Below are positions 10,319 to 20,030 of a stretch of 64,000 bases of DNA, in pieces (within the stretch, counting starts at the first letter, position 1; each line of letters starts with the position of its first letter). Origin of the DNA: Candidatus Sumerlaeaceae bacterium (GTDB lineage Bacteria; Sumerlaeota; Sumerlaeia; Sumerlaeales; Sumerlaeaceae). The DNA lies in assembly GCA_051003195.1 (NCBI GenBank), contig JBPCLP010000020.1, forward strand, positions 96,001-160,000, written 5' to 3'. Position numbers and translations under genes: made by a program. The notes beneath the pieces were generated by a model. That model was not told the origin of the DNA and searched no databases. It worked only from the letters and a program-made list of their open reading frames with translations.

Positions 10319-10918
10319 TTAGATGCGAGCGGAAGACGGCTCGTTCAGCCGTGAAATGACCGCATTGCAAACAGCCTTGAAAGTCTCAGCAACTCCGCTA
10401 CCGTCGATCGCGACTGCTTCCACGTACCGGCTTCCCTTGTCGTTGAGAGCGTCGTTGAGCTGCTGCACGCTGCAGATGCTGGGGAGATCGCGTTTGTTAA
10501 ACTGCAGAACGACCGGAGTGGTTTCATAGTCGTAGCCATGCTCCAGCAGCAGTGCCTTGAGATCCGCGAGACTCGTAATGTTGTCCTGCAGCCGGGAGGC
10601 GTCGGAGTCTGCAACAAACACAATTCCATCAACGCCCTGCAAGACCGCCTTCCGCGTGGCCTTATAGTAATCCTGGCCAGGAACGGCATAGCATAGGAAC
10701 TTGGTCTGCATGCCTTTGATGCGGGCAAGGTTTACCGAAAAATAATCGAAGAAGAGTGTGCGTTCATCGTCAGTGTCGATGATCTGAAGCTCGCTCCGAT
10801 GTTGTGCGGGTAGCTGGTCGTGAAGGGACTTTATGTTCGTTGTTTTGCCGCCGAGGCTTGGACCGCAATAGACAATCTTGCAGTTAATCTCGCGCGATTT
10901 TATGTTAAACATGGGCAT
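10319..10918 (-). CDS. mglA: MglA-like small Ras-family GTPase
   Basis: REINCKIVYCGPSLGGKTTN, ERTLFFD, VPGQ, VFVADS and NKRDL match Myxococcus-type MglA. Confidence 0.88.
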   Translation of the reverse strand: MPMFNIKSREINCKIVYCGPSLGGKTTNIKSLHDQLPAQHRSELQIIDTDDERTLFFDYFSVNLARIKGMQTKFLCYAVPGQDYYKATRKAVLQGVDGIVFVADSDASRLQDNITSLADLKALLLEHGYDYETTPVVLQFNKRDLPSICSVQQLNDALNDKGSRYVEAVAIDGSGVAETFKAVCNAVISRLNEPSSARI

Positions 10919-11021
10919 GGTTGGCTTGCAGGTAAGCGCGAGTGGATACGGCTTTCTGCCGCAGGGTGTCAAAGAGAATAGGCGGAGACTGTCAGAAGCG
11001 TGCGAGTCTTGCCATCCAGGG

Positions 11022-12385
11022 CTATAGCCCGCTGGGATACGTGTCCGGCAGTTCTCCCCGTTCCCAGCCAGCAGTGCGATCCAGGGGTTCCACTGCGGTG
11101 GTGTCGTCGAAATGAATCAGCGCATCGAACTGTCGTGCGGCATCGGCGTAGAAGTAATGGCTGTGACGCTCGCTTTGCGGCCGATAAATAACCCCTATAG
11201 CACGCTCAAGCAGCCGCTCTGGAACCGCGTCCGCGACTTCAGGCTGGCGCAGGTTTAACAGAAATCGCGGGGAGCCTGCGGCATGCATGAGCGCTTCCAC
11301 GCTGCCCTCCATGGAGGGCCGGACTCTTTTACACTGAGCCGGCTCGTCCCAGTTTGTGGCAGCAGTCACGGTGCCGGTATGGGTGCTGAAGCCGACGAGC
11401 ACGGCATCATCGGGGTGGCGCTGCCGGGCGAGCTGGCCGACATTGAGTTCGCCATCTTCGCCCATTTCGGTAAAGCGGGCATCACCCAGGTGTGAGTTGT
11501 GCGCCCAGACGACCACCTTGCCTGCGAGCCCCTGTGATACCAGGTGGCGCATGAGCGAATCCAGGGTGTCCGCCATATGCGTATCGCGCAGATTCCACGT
11601 AGATTGCCGCCCCCCGAACATGCTGCGATAATACTGCTCGGCATCCTTGACGAGCCGCGCGTTCATCTCTGCGTCAAAGAAGTCATCCTCAGCAACCCTG
11701 CCATCACGCCGCGCGTAATCGTAGGACTGACGACGCAGTTCCAGAAGCTGCTCGATAACTTCGTCTTCACAGGAAGGCTTTACTTCAAATGCAACTGCCT
11801 GGCCGTAGACCTGCGGATCGCGGAACTTTCGAAGCAGGAGTAGCGCTCGCGAGCGCGCGTAGCTGCGCCCGGGTCGACGCGATCCAGGTAACTAAGAACC
11901 GCATGAACGGAGCTGTGCAGACTGTACAGATCAAGCCCATAGAATCCAACATGCGAGCCAGGCGTGCCGAGCGAGTCATTATGCGCTCGCAGTCGCCCGA
12001 TGAACTCTCGGACGGATGTATTACGCCACATCCACAGGGGGAATCGCTGAAAATCAGAAAGTGCTGAGCCTGCCGTAAGATCGTGTCCGCGGCCACGGAC
12101 ATAGCAATTCACCCGGTGCGCATCCGGCCAATCTGCCTCGACTGCGACCGCGTTGAAGCCTTTCTCGCGCAGGAGCCGCATGGTAATGTCGGCACGTGCC
12201 TGGTAGAACTCGTGCGTTCCATGCGACGCTTCACCCAGCAACACCAGGCGCGCTTCGCCGATCTGCTCGAGCAGCGGGTCGTAATCGGCTGCGGCGCCAG
12301 TCAGGGGGTGAAGAGCAGCTCGGATCGATTCAACTGAAGCGCTGGTCGGTGGCTGAGCTTTCGGCTGCCCGGAGATGCCGAACAT
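11022..12385 (-). pseudogene. Erythromycin esterase family protein, split by a 1-nt frameshift
   Basis: LGEASHGTHEFY and VEADWPDA in the first frame; WNLRDTHM, WAHNSHLGDAR and ERAIGVIYRP in the second. Adding one base at about 11824-11829 restores ...CFE(S/K)FRDPQVYGQA...DAEMNARLVK. Confidence 0.85.
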
Positions 12386-12386
12386 G

Positions 12387-12503
12387 TCAGTTGCAGCCGC
12401 GCAGCAGGAATATCGCAAACAACACTGGAATGGGGATGCCGAGCACCCAAAGCAGGATATATCCCAACTTGCCTTCTTGCAGCTTACGCGGTTTCCATAA
12501 CAC
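12387..12503 (-). CDS. Small 38-aa single-TM membrane protein
   Basis: GTG start after GGCGGTGA; GKLGYILLWVLGIPIPVLFAIFLLRGCN; its stop lies 1 nt before the esterase ATG. Confidence 0.6.
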   Translation of the reverse strand: MLWKPRKLQEGKLGYILLWVLGIPIPVLFAIFLLRGCN

Positions 12504-12586
12504 TTCCGCATCACCGCCCTTCAGGTCAGATAGGCACGAAGGGAGCATTTGCCATGCCGGTGAAACGGTGGTACCCAGGCTGCGGG

Positions 12587-13174
12587 TTAGAGAGGTTCCA
12601 AGTCCTGATCGTAGACGTTGGTTCGCGCATCTTTGAGTGCAATGATTACGGTGCCGATCATCTGCAGCGTGACAGCAATGCTGATCCATGTGGCCATCAG
12701 CAAAATTGTTCCGCGGTAAGGATAAGGGTACGCCTCCTGCGCTGCGTCATTGAACATCCGCCCAAGCCCCTGCTGATCCCAAAGAAAATAAACGGCAATG
12801 GTCGCGAGGAACGCGTTTAGCGCAAACATGCGCAGTTGGCCCGCTCCGCTGTCCATGGATTCCGAGCGTTCGCGGCGAATGACCAGGTAAACAACGATCA
12901 TGATAAACGCGGTAAGATAGACGAGGCTTATTGTATTAAAGGCCAGGCGGCTGTCGCCCGATGTGTGGTCGAACAGCCATTCGAGGAAACTCCGGAGAAA
13001 GGCAACCAGGCACAGGACTCCCAGCCCTACGAGAATACGCCGGACGGCCTGTGGCCACGGATTCACTATAATGCGCTTGGAGCGAGCCGGTACGTGGTAC
13101 ATGGGAGGGCAGCATGAATGCCGCTTTTCACGATCGTCAAGCATGACGCGCCGCTTGTGCAGCAAATACCGCAT
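12587..13174 (-). CDS. Hypothetical multi-TM membrane protein (true start probably downstream)
   Basis: About four hydrophobic segments; no family recognised. Confidence 0.6.
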   Translation of the reverse strand: MRYLLHKRRVMLDDREKRHSCCPPMYHVPARSKRIIVNPWPQAVRRILVGLGVLCLVAFLRSFLEWLFDHTSGDSRLAFNTISLVYLTAFIMIVVYLVIRRERSESMDSGAGQLRMFALNAFLATIAVYFLWDQQGLGRMFNDAAQEAYPYPYRGTILLMATWISIAVTLQMIGTVIIALKDARTNVYDQDLEPL

Positions 13175-13192
13175 AGCGTGTACATAGAGCCA

Positions 13193-13987
13193 ATGAGCGG
13201 TAAAGTATTGGAAGCGGCTGCGGAACTGGTACGCCTGGGCAGACGAGGCGCGATGATCACTATCGTGGAGACGGTGGGTTCGACTCCGCGCAAAGCCGGG
13301 GCGAAAATGCTGGTGGACGATTCAGGTTCAATCACAGGTACTGTGGGCGGTGGCTGCGTCGAGGCGGATTTATACGCGCTTGCACGCCAGGTGATGCGAA
13401 CGGGCAGGGTTGAGGTGCGCGAGGTAGACCTGACTGCCAGGAGCCAGGATGATAACGACATGTTATGCGGAGGTAAACTGAAAGCGTTGATTGAACCCGT
13501 GGGGACAGAGGAGAAGTTAATCATTTTCGGTGGCGGGCACATCTCGAAGGCGCTGGTCGAGTTGTGTCAGGCGCTCGACTTCGAGATTACCGTGACAGAC
13601 GACCGCGAGCAGTTCGCGAATGCGGAGCGGTTTCCCACGGTTCAAAATCGGCTGGCGATGCCTTTCGAAGAACAGTTCCAGAGCCTTGCAGTAGATCCGA
13701 ATACGAGTATCGTGATTGTAACGCGCGGGCACAGCTACGATGAGTTCTGCATGCAGCAGGCACTGCGCACTTCAGCCAAATACATTGGACTGGTTGGAAG
13801 CCGCACCAAGGTTGCGGTGTTCCGAAGTCACTTGAGGGAGAAGGGCTTCAACGATGCGGAGATCGCCCGCGTGGAATGCCCCTGTGGAGTCGACATTGGT
13901 GCGGAGACTCCTGAAGAAATTGCTGTTTCCATAGCCGCCCGGCTGATCCAGGTACGGCGCGCAATGGGCCTCTCGCAGAGCACCTGA
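13193..13987 (+). CDS. xdhC: XdhC/CoxI family molybdenum-cofactor chaperone
   Basis: GSTPRKAGAKM, GTVGGGCVE, CGG, IFGGGHI and GAETPEEIAVSI motifs. Confidence 0.9.
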   Translation: MSGKVLEAAAELVRLGRRGAMITIVETVGSTPRKAGAKMLVDDSGSITGTVGGGCVEADLYALARQVMRTGRVEVREVDLTARSQDDNDMLCGGKLKALIEPVGTEEKLIIFGGGHISKALVELCQALDFEITVTDDREQFANAERFPTVQNRLAMPFEEQFQSLAVDPNTSIVIVTRGHSYDEFCMQQALRTSAKYIGLVGSRTKVAVFRSHLREKGFNDAEIARVECPCGVDIGAETPEEIAVSIAARLIQVRRAMGLSQST

Positions 13988-13991
13988 TATT

Positions 13992-14429
13992 TCAGGCCAG
14001 CGGCGGATCGGGAGTTCTCGCAGGTGTCGGGATGGGTGTGGGACCGGGATCGGGCGTCACCGTTGGGAGTGGGGGCTGAGGCGTAGCGGTTGGGCTGGGT
14101 GAAGGTAGCGGCGTCGGCGAAGGAGAAGGTGTCTGCGTAGGCGCGGGCGTGATCGTGGGTTCCGGCGTAGCGGTTGGCTCCGGTGGTACGGTAGGTTCTG
14201 GTGTGACTGTAGGTTCAGGCGTTGGAACGGGCCCGGGCGAGGGCGTTGCGGCTACAGCAGCAGCTTGCCCTTTTGAGTGGGAGTAGCGCGGATGCACCAG
14301 CAATAAACCTGCGATAAGCGTCATGAATACCAGGCAAGCCAACGCCGCTGAACGAACCATCTTGCACCTCCTGCGAAATGAATCGCTCGCGTAAGTAATG
14401 CCAGTTGGACGAATTTGTTTCTTTGTCAA
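13992..14429 (-). CDS. Membrane-anchored Pro/Thr-rich repeat protein
   Basis: One hydrophobic helix followed by about 85 aa of (T/P)PEPT-type repeats up to the stop; alternative ATG at 14360. Confidence 0.65.
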   Translation of the reverse strand: MTKKQIRPTGITYASDSFRRRCKMVRSAALACLVFMTLIAGLLLVHPRYSHSKGQAAAVAATPSPGPVPTPEPTVTPEPTVPPEPTATPEPTITPAPTQTPSPSPTPLPSPSPTATPQPPLPTVTPDPGPTPIPTPARTPDPPLA

Positions 14430-14552
14430 CTTACAGGTCCCGACTAATGTCTAATGGTTGAATCGACGTAGCTTGCCTCGGCGTTGGCTGGGCCGGTACG
14501 ATAGAAGCACCAGGCTTGTAGCACCTTCAAATGCGAACCCGGGAGGTAAGCA

Positions 14553-16829
14553 TTGCAGTTTAACCCAGCCAGGAAGTCCACGCTTACCATGCTGTGCATC
14601 GCGACACTGCTCCTGGCAGGGTCGGCGCGCAGCAACGAAAGCGCGCTGCTGGTTCTGGCGAATCAGACGTTCATGGACGTCACGACGTCCCCAGCCGCAG
14701 AAAAGCCCTACAGCCAGCTAAACCCCGCACCCGCCGGCAAGGTTCAGCATTACCTGGATTTTCTCAACTCCCGGCTGGCCGTAATCCCGAACTACCAGGA
14801 CCCCCTCACCTACCCGATCGTTTCGATGTTCGACAGCGGAGTCGACAGCGGCAATCCGCTGTCACCCGAAATGCAGGAGCTGCGCAGGCTGGGAAACAGC
14901 GCGAATGCGAGCCGCTATGTTTTCAGCTTTGACCATCCCTGGCGTACGGTTGGAACTCCGTCCCCTGCCGAATCTTACGCGACACAGTACAACTCCACCA
15001 TTGAAGCTGGCATTCGCGACAACTATTGCCTGTTCAATGCGAGCAACCAGCAGCACGGTACCGCAATCGCAGCCATTCTGGCTGGATACCCGCGTACGGA
15101 TTCCAACGGTAATTTCGTTCTCGAGGATAATAGTGCGCTGCCGCCCGGTTATACGCTTCCGCAAAATGCCACACTGGACCCGGTGGGCAACACGTCGGGT
15201 TTCCGCAAGGGTTCGGGTGTATCGCCTTATGGGCGGTTCGGGTGCGGGAGCATCAATACGATTTTGCCAAACTGGGTGCTCGCCCCGTGTACAGGAGACG
15301 CAACGGATCCATTCCGGGCCGAGGACATAATCCGTATCACTGGCGAAATGCATCGTCGCATTTACTGGACGGACCACGGGCCTGCAGACTTCGTAACGAA
15401 TGCATTCCGCCCGCAACATACCGCGGTTCCGACTACGCAGACGATGATCGTGAACCACTCGGTCGGCATTGCGCCCATGACTCCACCGGCCAGTCCTCCC
15501 GGTGGCGCGGATACCGGTTTCGGAAGATTCTACTACGACGACATTGCGCGCGCATATGATCGGCTGACACGGGATGGCCGTCCGAAGAGCTGGTTTTCAA
15601 CGGACGCTGGACGCTGCCAGACGCTGTTTATCGCCGGGAGTGGAAACGATCTTAAGGTTGTCGACTACAATACGAAGCGCATGGAGGATTCGCTCTGGAA
15701 TCCGGGCCTGGCAAAGAACGTCCTTACCGTAGGTGTTTCGGAAACGTTCAACGTATACGCGGGCGAGCCTGTCGCAAATGCCGACGATGTAAATGGCTTA
15801 AACGGGCAGAACATCTGGCTGGGTTCGACCAGCAGCAAAGCCGGAAGCCCGCGATATATCAGTGCCAGGATTAAACCGGATGTTGTAGTACCGACTGCGG
15901 GGGCCTGGGCCCGGCAATTGGCACAACCAGGTGCCAGCCCACCCGAACCCATGATCTACAGCACGGCGAGCGGCAGCAGTGGCGCGCCGCCTCTTGCGTC
16001 GGGTACGGCGCAACTCGTGTGGGTCTGGTTGAAACAATACCACAATCGCACGGCCGACCCAAGCCCAGCGCTGCTGAAAGCTTACATCATCAATACTGCG
16101 CAGATGCTGAACGGCGCCCTGACGGGACCGTACGATTCGACGAACCCAACCAGCAACACCGTCGTGCCAATCCCAAACCCTTACCAGGGCTTTGGCCGTG
16201 TGAATCTCGACAGTGCCCTCGATACAGCCAAACGCTTCTTCGTCGACCAGGAGGTTGTGTTTTCAACCGCGGCCGGCGCATCGGACCGCATTCAATACTC
16301 GGGTGAAATCGCAGAGACAACTCGAACGCTCCGCATTACGCTGGTATGGACCGACGCCGTCAGCACCGTGAGCACCGCACGCTGGCAGGAGCTTGTGAAC
16401 AACCTGGACCTGCTTGTACTTGTCACACCGCCATCGCAGGCGCCCCAGGTGTACCTCGGAAATAATTTTAACCTGGCTGGAAATCTCGCGTACAGCCAAC
16501 CTGTCTCCTACGCTTCGAATGTGACGTTCAACGCGAATGACCCGTGGTTGTACAGCAGCAACGTTTCTGGCAACCAGGCAGATATTTCGAACAATGGCCT
16601 GAAAGACAACGCCAATAACGTCGAATGCGTTTTCCTTCCGTCGAGCTTCCCTGCCGGAACGAAAATACGTATTTCGGTTCGGCGCGCAACCATCAATGCG
16701 GATGCGCTGGATCCCTTCGCCGCTACTCCGGTCGCGGTGAACGCACGCAAGCAGGACTTTGCGCTGGTTGCATATAACTTCCTTCGTATCATTCCGACAG
16801 CTGCTGAGGCGTGGGAACTGTACGACTAG
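14553..16829 (+). CDS. Secreted subtilisin-like (S8) protease with W-x-L tail
   Basis: TTG start after GGAGGT; FDSGVD, HGTAIA, GSGND, IKPDVV and SGSSGAPP motifs; ends PTAAEAWELYD. Confidence 0.85.
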   Translation: MQFNPARKSTLTMLCIATLLLAGSARSNESALLVLANQTFMDVTTSPAAEKPYSQLNPAPAGKVQHYLDFLNSRLAVIPNYQDPLTYPIVSMFDSGVDSGNPLSPEMQELRRLGNSANASRYVFSFDHPWRTVGTPSPAESYATQYNSTIEAGIRDNYCLFNASNQQHGTAIAAILAGYPRTDSNGNFVLEDNSALPPGYTLPQNATLDPVGNTSGFRKGSGVSPYGRFGCGSINTILPNWVLAPCTGDATDPFRAEDIIRITGEMHRRIYWTDHGPADFVTNAFRPQHTAVPTTQTMIVNHSVGIAPMTPPASPPGGADTGFGRFYYDDIARAYDRLTRDGRPKSWFSTDAGRCQTLFIAGSGNDLKVVDYNTKRMEDSLWNPGLAKNVLTVGVSETFNVYAGEPVANADDVNGLNGQNIWLGSTSSKAGSPRYISARIKPDVVVPTAGAWARQLAQPGASPPEPMIYSTASGSSGAPPLASGTAQLVWVWLKQYHNRTADPSPALLKAYIINTAQMLNGALTGPYDSTNPTSNTVVPIPNPYQGFGRVNLDSALDTAKRFFVDQEVVFSTAAGASDRIQYSGEIAETTRTLRITLVWTDAVSTVSTARWQELVNNLDLLVLVTPPSQAPQVYLGNNFNLAGNLAYSQPVSYASNVTFNANDPWLYSSNVSGNQADISNNGLKDNANNVECVFLPSSFPAGTKIRISVRRATINADALDPFAATPVAVNARKQDFALVAYNFLRIIPTAAEAWELYD

Positions 16830-16900
16830 ATTTCTGCTGACACGCTGTTTCAGGTACCCCGCACATCCTGCTCACCACGACCTGACAGGGAGAAGCTTTC

Positions 16901-17860
16901 TTGGGTGAATTACGCGCAGCAATTTTCGGATTTGGTTATGCGGCAAGTGAACATCGCAAAGGGTACGATGCGGCGAATGGAGCCAGGCTGGTTGCAATCG
17001 CAGACCAGACGGCAGAGCGCCTGAAGGCGCTCGAAGGAACAGACGTAACAGCCTTCCAGGACGTAGACGAGCTCCTGCGAACGATCCGTCCCGAGATTGT
17101 CTCGATTTGCACTCCCCCTTCCACGCATGCGAAGTTGACGGCGAAGGCACTTGCGGCAGGGGCGCATGTGCTATGCGAAAAACCACTGGCACACAATCTG
17201 TCCGATGCGCGGCGCATGCTCGACTCCGCGCGACAGGCAAAGAGGATTCTTGGCGTCGCGTTCTGCCACCGATTCGTACCGGCAATCCGCAAACTGAGGT
17301 CCCTGATTGAATCCAGCGCCATCGGTACACCGCTGCTTTATCGCAACCAGTTTTCAGCACGCTTTGAAGGTGTGGAAAAAACGTGGTTTTCGAAACCGGA
17401 GCTTTCGGGCGGCGGCACATTAATGGATACGACGGTGCACTCGGTTGACCTGTTTCGGTTTCTGATCGGTGAAGTGAACGCGGTGCGGGCGCTGGCCAGC
17501 ACGACACGGCCGGGTCTCACGGTAGAAGATACTTCCATTGTGCTGGTGCGATCCGCAAGCGGGTGTATCGGCAGCCTCGAGGCATCCTGGAATGTTGCAC
17601 CGGGCACATTCCTGATCGAGGTGCGCGGAACCGAAGGTGAGTTTATTTACGACTATGAGACCCTGCGCCGGCGTGGTGCTGCCGAAACATCCTGGCGCGA
17701 AGAGGCGGTGGATGCGCCAATGGGCGTGCGGTTCTGCGGCGAGATTCAGCACTTCATAGATGCTGTAAACGGTAACGCGGAAATGGAACTCGACGCCATG
17801 GAAGGACTACGATCCCTCGAAATACTGGAGGACGCCTATACCGATTTGCGGCGTCCGTAA
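16901..17860 (+). CDS. Gfo/Idh/MocA family oxidoreductase
   Basis: GFGYAA Rossmann motif, HVLCEKP and GGGTLMDTTVHSVD. Confidence 0.9.
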   Translation: MGELRAAIFGFGYAASEHRKGYDAANGARLVAIADQTAERLKALEGTDVTAFQDVDELLRTIRPEIVSICTPPSTHAKLTAKALAAGAHVLCEKPLAHNLSDARRMLDSARQAKRILGVAFCHRFVPAIRKLRSLIESSAIGTPLLYRNQFSARFEGVEKTWFSKPELSGGGTLMDTTVHSVDLFRFLIGEVNAVRALASTTRPGLTVEDTSIVLVRSASGCIGSLEASWNVAPGTFLIEVRGTEGEFIYDYETLRRRGAAETSWREEAVDAPMGVRFCGEIQHFIDAVNGNAEMELDAMEGLRSLEILEDAYTDLRRP

Positions 17861-17884
17861 ATTTTTCGCGCGCACGAAGGGTGG

Positions 17885-18748
17885 CTAAAACTCTCGATAG
17901 ATACCCAGCGGAGTAAACGACACAGCCGGGAAATCCGGCGCGTGCGCGATGCGGAAGATCGTATTGACGTGCAGCGTGATGCTTTCGAAATTGTCGAGAA
18001 TCGCATTGCCGGTCGTCATCGGCAGAGTTGCATCCCGCCGTTCACGCAGTCGATTCACCTGCCCGAGCACTTTCCAACCGGCCTCGATCTGGAAACCATA
18101 TCGCTCATTGAGCTCAGACGGTGGATCGGTGAAGAAGGTGCGCTGCGCCGTTCCTACCAGCAGGCATTCGGGCGCTTCGGGATCCGGCATAATTTTAACA
18201 CGCACGCCCCCGCCAAATACCTTGGTAACGAACTCGGAAAACTGGTCGAGACGCAGCGCCTTCATGTCGGAGATCTGCTTCGCCTGGTCAATGCGCTGTT
18301 CTTCCAGGTGCTTCTTCTCGTTCTGAGTAAGCGAACTGCGCGCGGCCATCCAGTTCGCCATGTGATAGGCGGTTTTCATCAGGTCCGGAGTTGCCGCGAG
18401 GAACTCCGATGTGGCGTCGTAGTCGAGCACGCGGAATACTCCGCTGGTCGCAACGACCTGGCCGTCGGCAAAGTTCTCGGACAGCCACTGCTCACGTACA
18501 CCGTCGCCTTCTTTTGCGAAATCACGCACACGGCCTTGCCGCCGCAGTTCTGATTCGAGCAAACCAAACACGCGGTGCTGATGCGAAGCCTCGGGCTGTG
18601 GCGCAGAGGCGCCGGTGTTCGCGAGTTCCTGCCGCAAATCTTCGACGCCGCCCTCGGCACTTGAATCGCCGGGAGATATCTGCACGGCAAGGGAACGCAC
18701 CCGTGGCCAGTCCAGGTATATAAAGTCTCGCAAACGCAAATCGGGCAT
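17885..18748 (-). CDS. Hypothetical protein
   Basis: 287-aa ORF filling the gap, with LRDFIYLD N-terminus and PLGIYRE C-terminus; function unknown. Confidence 0.7.
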   Translation of the reverse strand: MPDLRLRDFIYLDWPRVRSLAVQISPGDSSAEGGVEDLRQELANTGASAPQPEASHQHRVFGLLESELRRQGRVRDFAKEGDGVREQWLSENFADGQVVATSGVFRVLDYDATSEFLAATPDLMKTAYHMANWMAARSSLTQNEKKHLEEQRIDQAKQISDMKALRLDQFSEFVTKVFGGGVRVKIMPDPEAPECLLVGTAQRTFFTDPPSELNERYGFQIEAGWKVLGQVNRLRERRDATLPMTTGNAILDNFESITLHVNTIFRIAHAPDFPAVSFTPLGIYREF

Positions 18749-18895
18749 GACTGCTGCTCTCTTTTTAAGGTCCGTTCAGCGGAAGGGCTGGTGGCGAGGT
18801 GTAAAGCGGATAATAGAGCCGCGAGTTTTCAGATGATGTGGCAGGAACATATGGACCAGTAGAATCATAATTGAAAGTTGGCTGCACGCACGAGA

Positions 18896-19894
18896 ATGTT
18901 ACCCCCGGCAAAGAACAGACGCACGCTACGCTCGCTGAGCCCGGCGGAGCTTGCGGCGCTCGCGATTCATATGGAGCAGGAAGAGGCGCGGCTGTACCAG
19001 GAATACGCGCGTCGGTTCCGGCGGCAGAACCGGATGCACCTTGCGGCGGAGATGGAAAGTTTGCGCCAGGAGGAACGGGAACACGAGACTCGGCTTGGCG
19101 AGGCTTACCTTGCGGAGTTCGCCGGCGAGTCGGAAGTGCCGCTGGTTCGACGTTCCGACCTCTCGGAATTTTCCGAATTGCCACCGCTTCCCGCCGAACA
19201 GGCATTTACGCCCAACGTGGCCATGGCGCGCATCCAGCAATCCGAGGGGCAGGCAGAGCGCTTTTATCGCTATGCGGCTGCGCACTGCGACGGATATGAG
19301 CGGCTGAAAGAGCTGTTCAGCGAGCTGGCCGAAGTGGAGGCCATGCACCAGGGCACGGAGCACCGCGTGTTGGCGGCAGCCCGGCTTGACGACCCGGAGG
19401 TGTCGCCGCAGAAAGCGCAGCACACCGAGCACGAGCGGTTTGTTCTGCAGATTGTTCAGCCCGGGTTGGTGGGACTGATGGATGGCTCCGTCTCAACATT
19501 GGCACCGCTGTTTGCAGCTGCGTTCGCTACCCACAAATCCATGGATGCATTTCTCGTGGGTGTGGCAGCCGCTGTCGGGGCCGGTATCAGCATGGGATTT
19601 GCAGAGGGAATGAGCGACGATGGTGCGCTTACCGGGCGCGGTAATCCGTGGATACGCGGCACCATAACGGGCGCCATGACACTACTGGGCGGAATTTTTC
19701 ATACGCTGCCGTACCTGATTAGCGATTTTAACACGGCAACCACATGGGCGGTGATCGTCGTTATTATAGAGTTGTTCGCGATCGCATGGATTCGCAACCG
19801 CTACATGCAGACGCCGTTCTGGCGGAGTATTGTCCAGGTGGTGTTCGGGGGCGGCATCGTCTTCGCAGCGGGCATTCTCATTGGGAGTGCGTAA
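18896..19894 (+). CDS. mbfA: MbfA iron exporter (rubrerythrin/ferritin-like plus VIT1/CCC1 domains)
   Basis: ExxH motifs (EEREH, VEAMH); QPGLVGLMDGSVSTLAPLFAAAFAT and GAGISMGFAE..SDDG.LTGRG. Confidence 0.9.
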   Translation: MLPPAKNRRTLRSLSPAELAALAIHMEQEEARLYQEYARRFRRQNRMHLAAEMESLRQEEREHETRLGEAYLAEFAGESEVPLVRRSDLSEFSELPPLPAEQAFTPNVAMARIQQSEGQAERFYRYAAAHCDGYERLKELFSELAEVEAMHQGTEHRVLAAARLDDPEVSPQKAQHTEHERFVLQIVQPGLVGLMDGSVSTLAPLFAAAFATHKSMDAFLVGVAAAVGAGISMGFAEGMSDDGALTGRGNPWIRGTITGAMTLLGGIFHTLPYLISDFNTATTWAVIVVIIELFAIAWIRNRYMQTPFWRSIVQVVFGGGIVFAAGILIGSA

Positions 19895-20030
19895 GACTGG
19901 TGGATTCGGCGCCGGGAAGCAGTAATGCTTTTTTGAGCGCCGCCCCTCGACGACTCATGTCGCACCAGGTGTGCCGGCAGCGGAGTTTTACGTGATGGAC
20001 ACGTTCCCACGCCAGATCGTGCACTCGTGA

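Noticed and set aside
11815..11835. Programmed -1 frameshift in the esterase gene
   Set aside because: CGAAAG is present but not in the CGA-AAG phase, and there is no X-XXY-YYZ heptamer; a simple indel is more likely.
18855..18880. Iron-regulator box upstream of mbfA
   Set aside because: The region is AT-rich but matches Fur/Irr-type palindromes too poorly to call.
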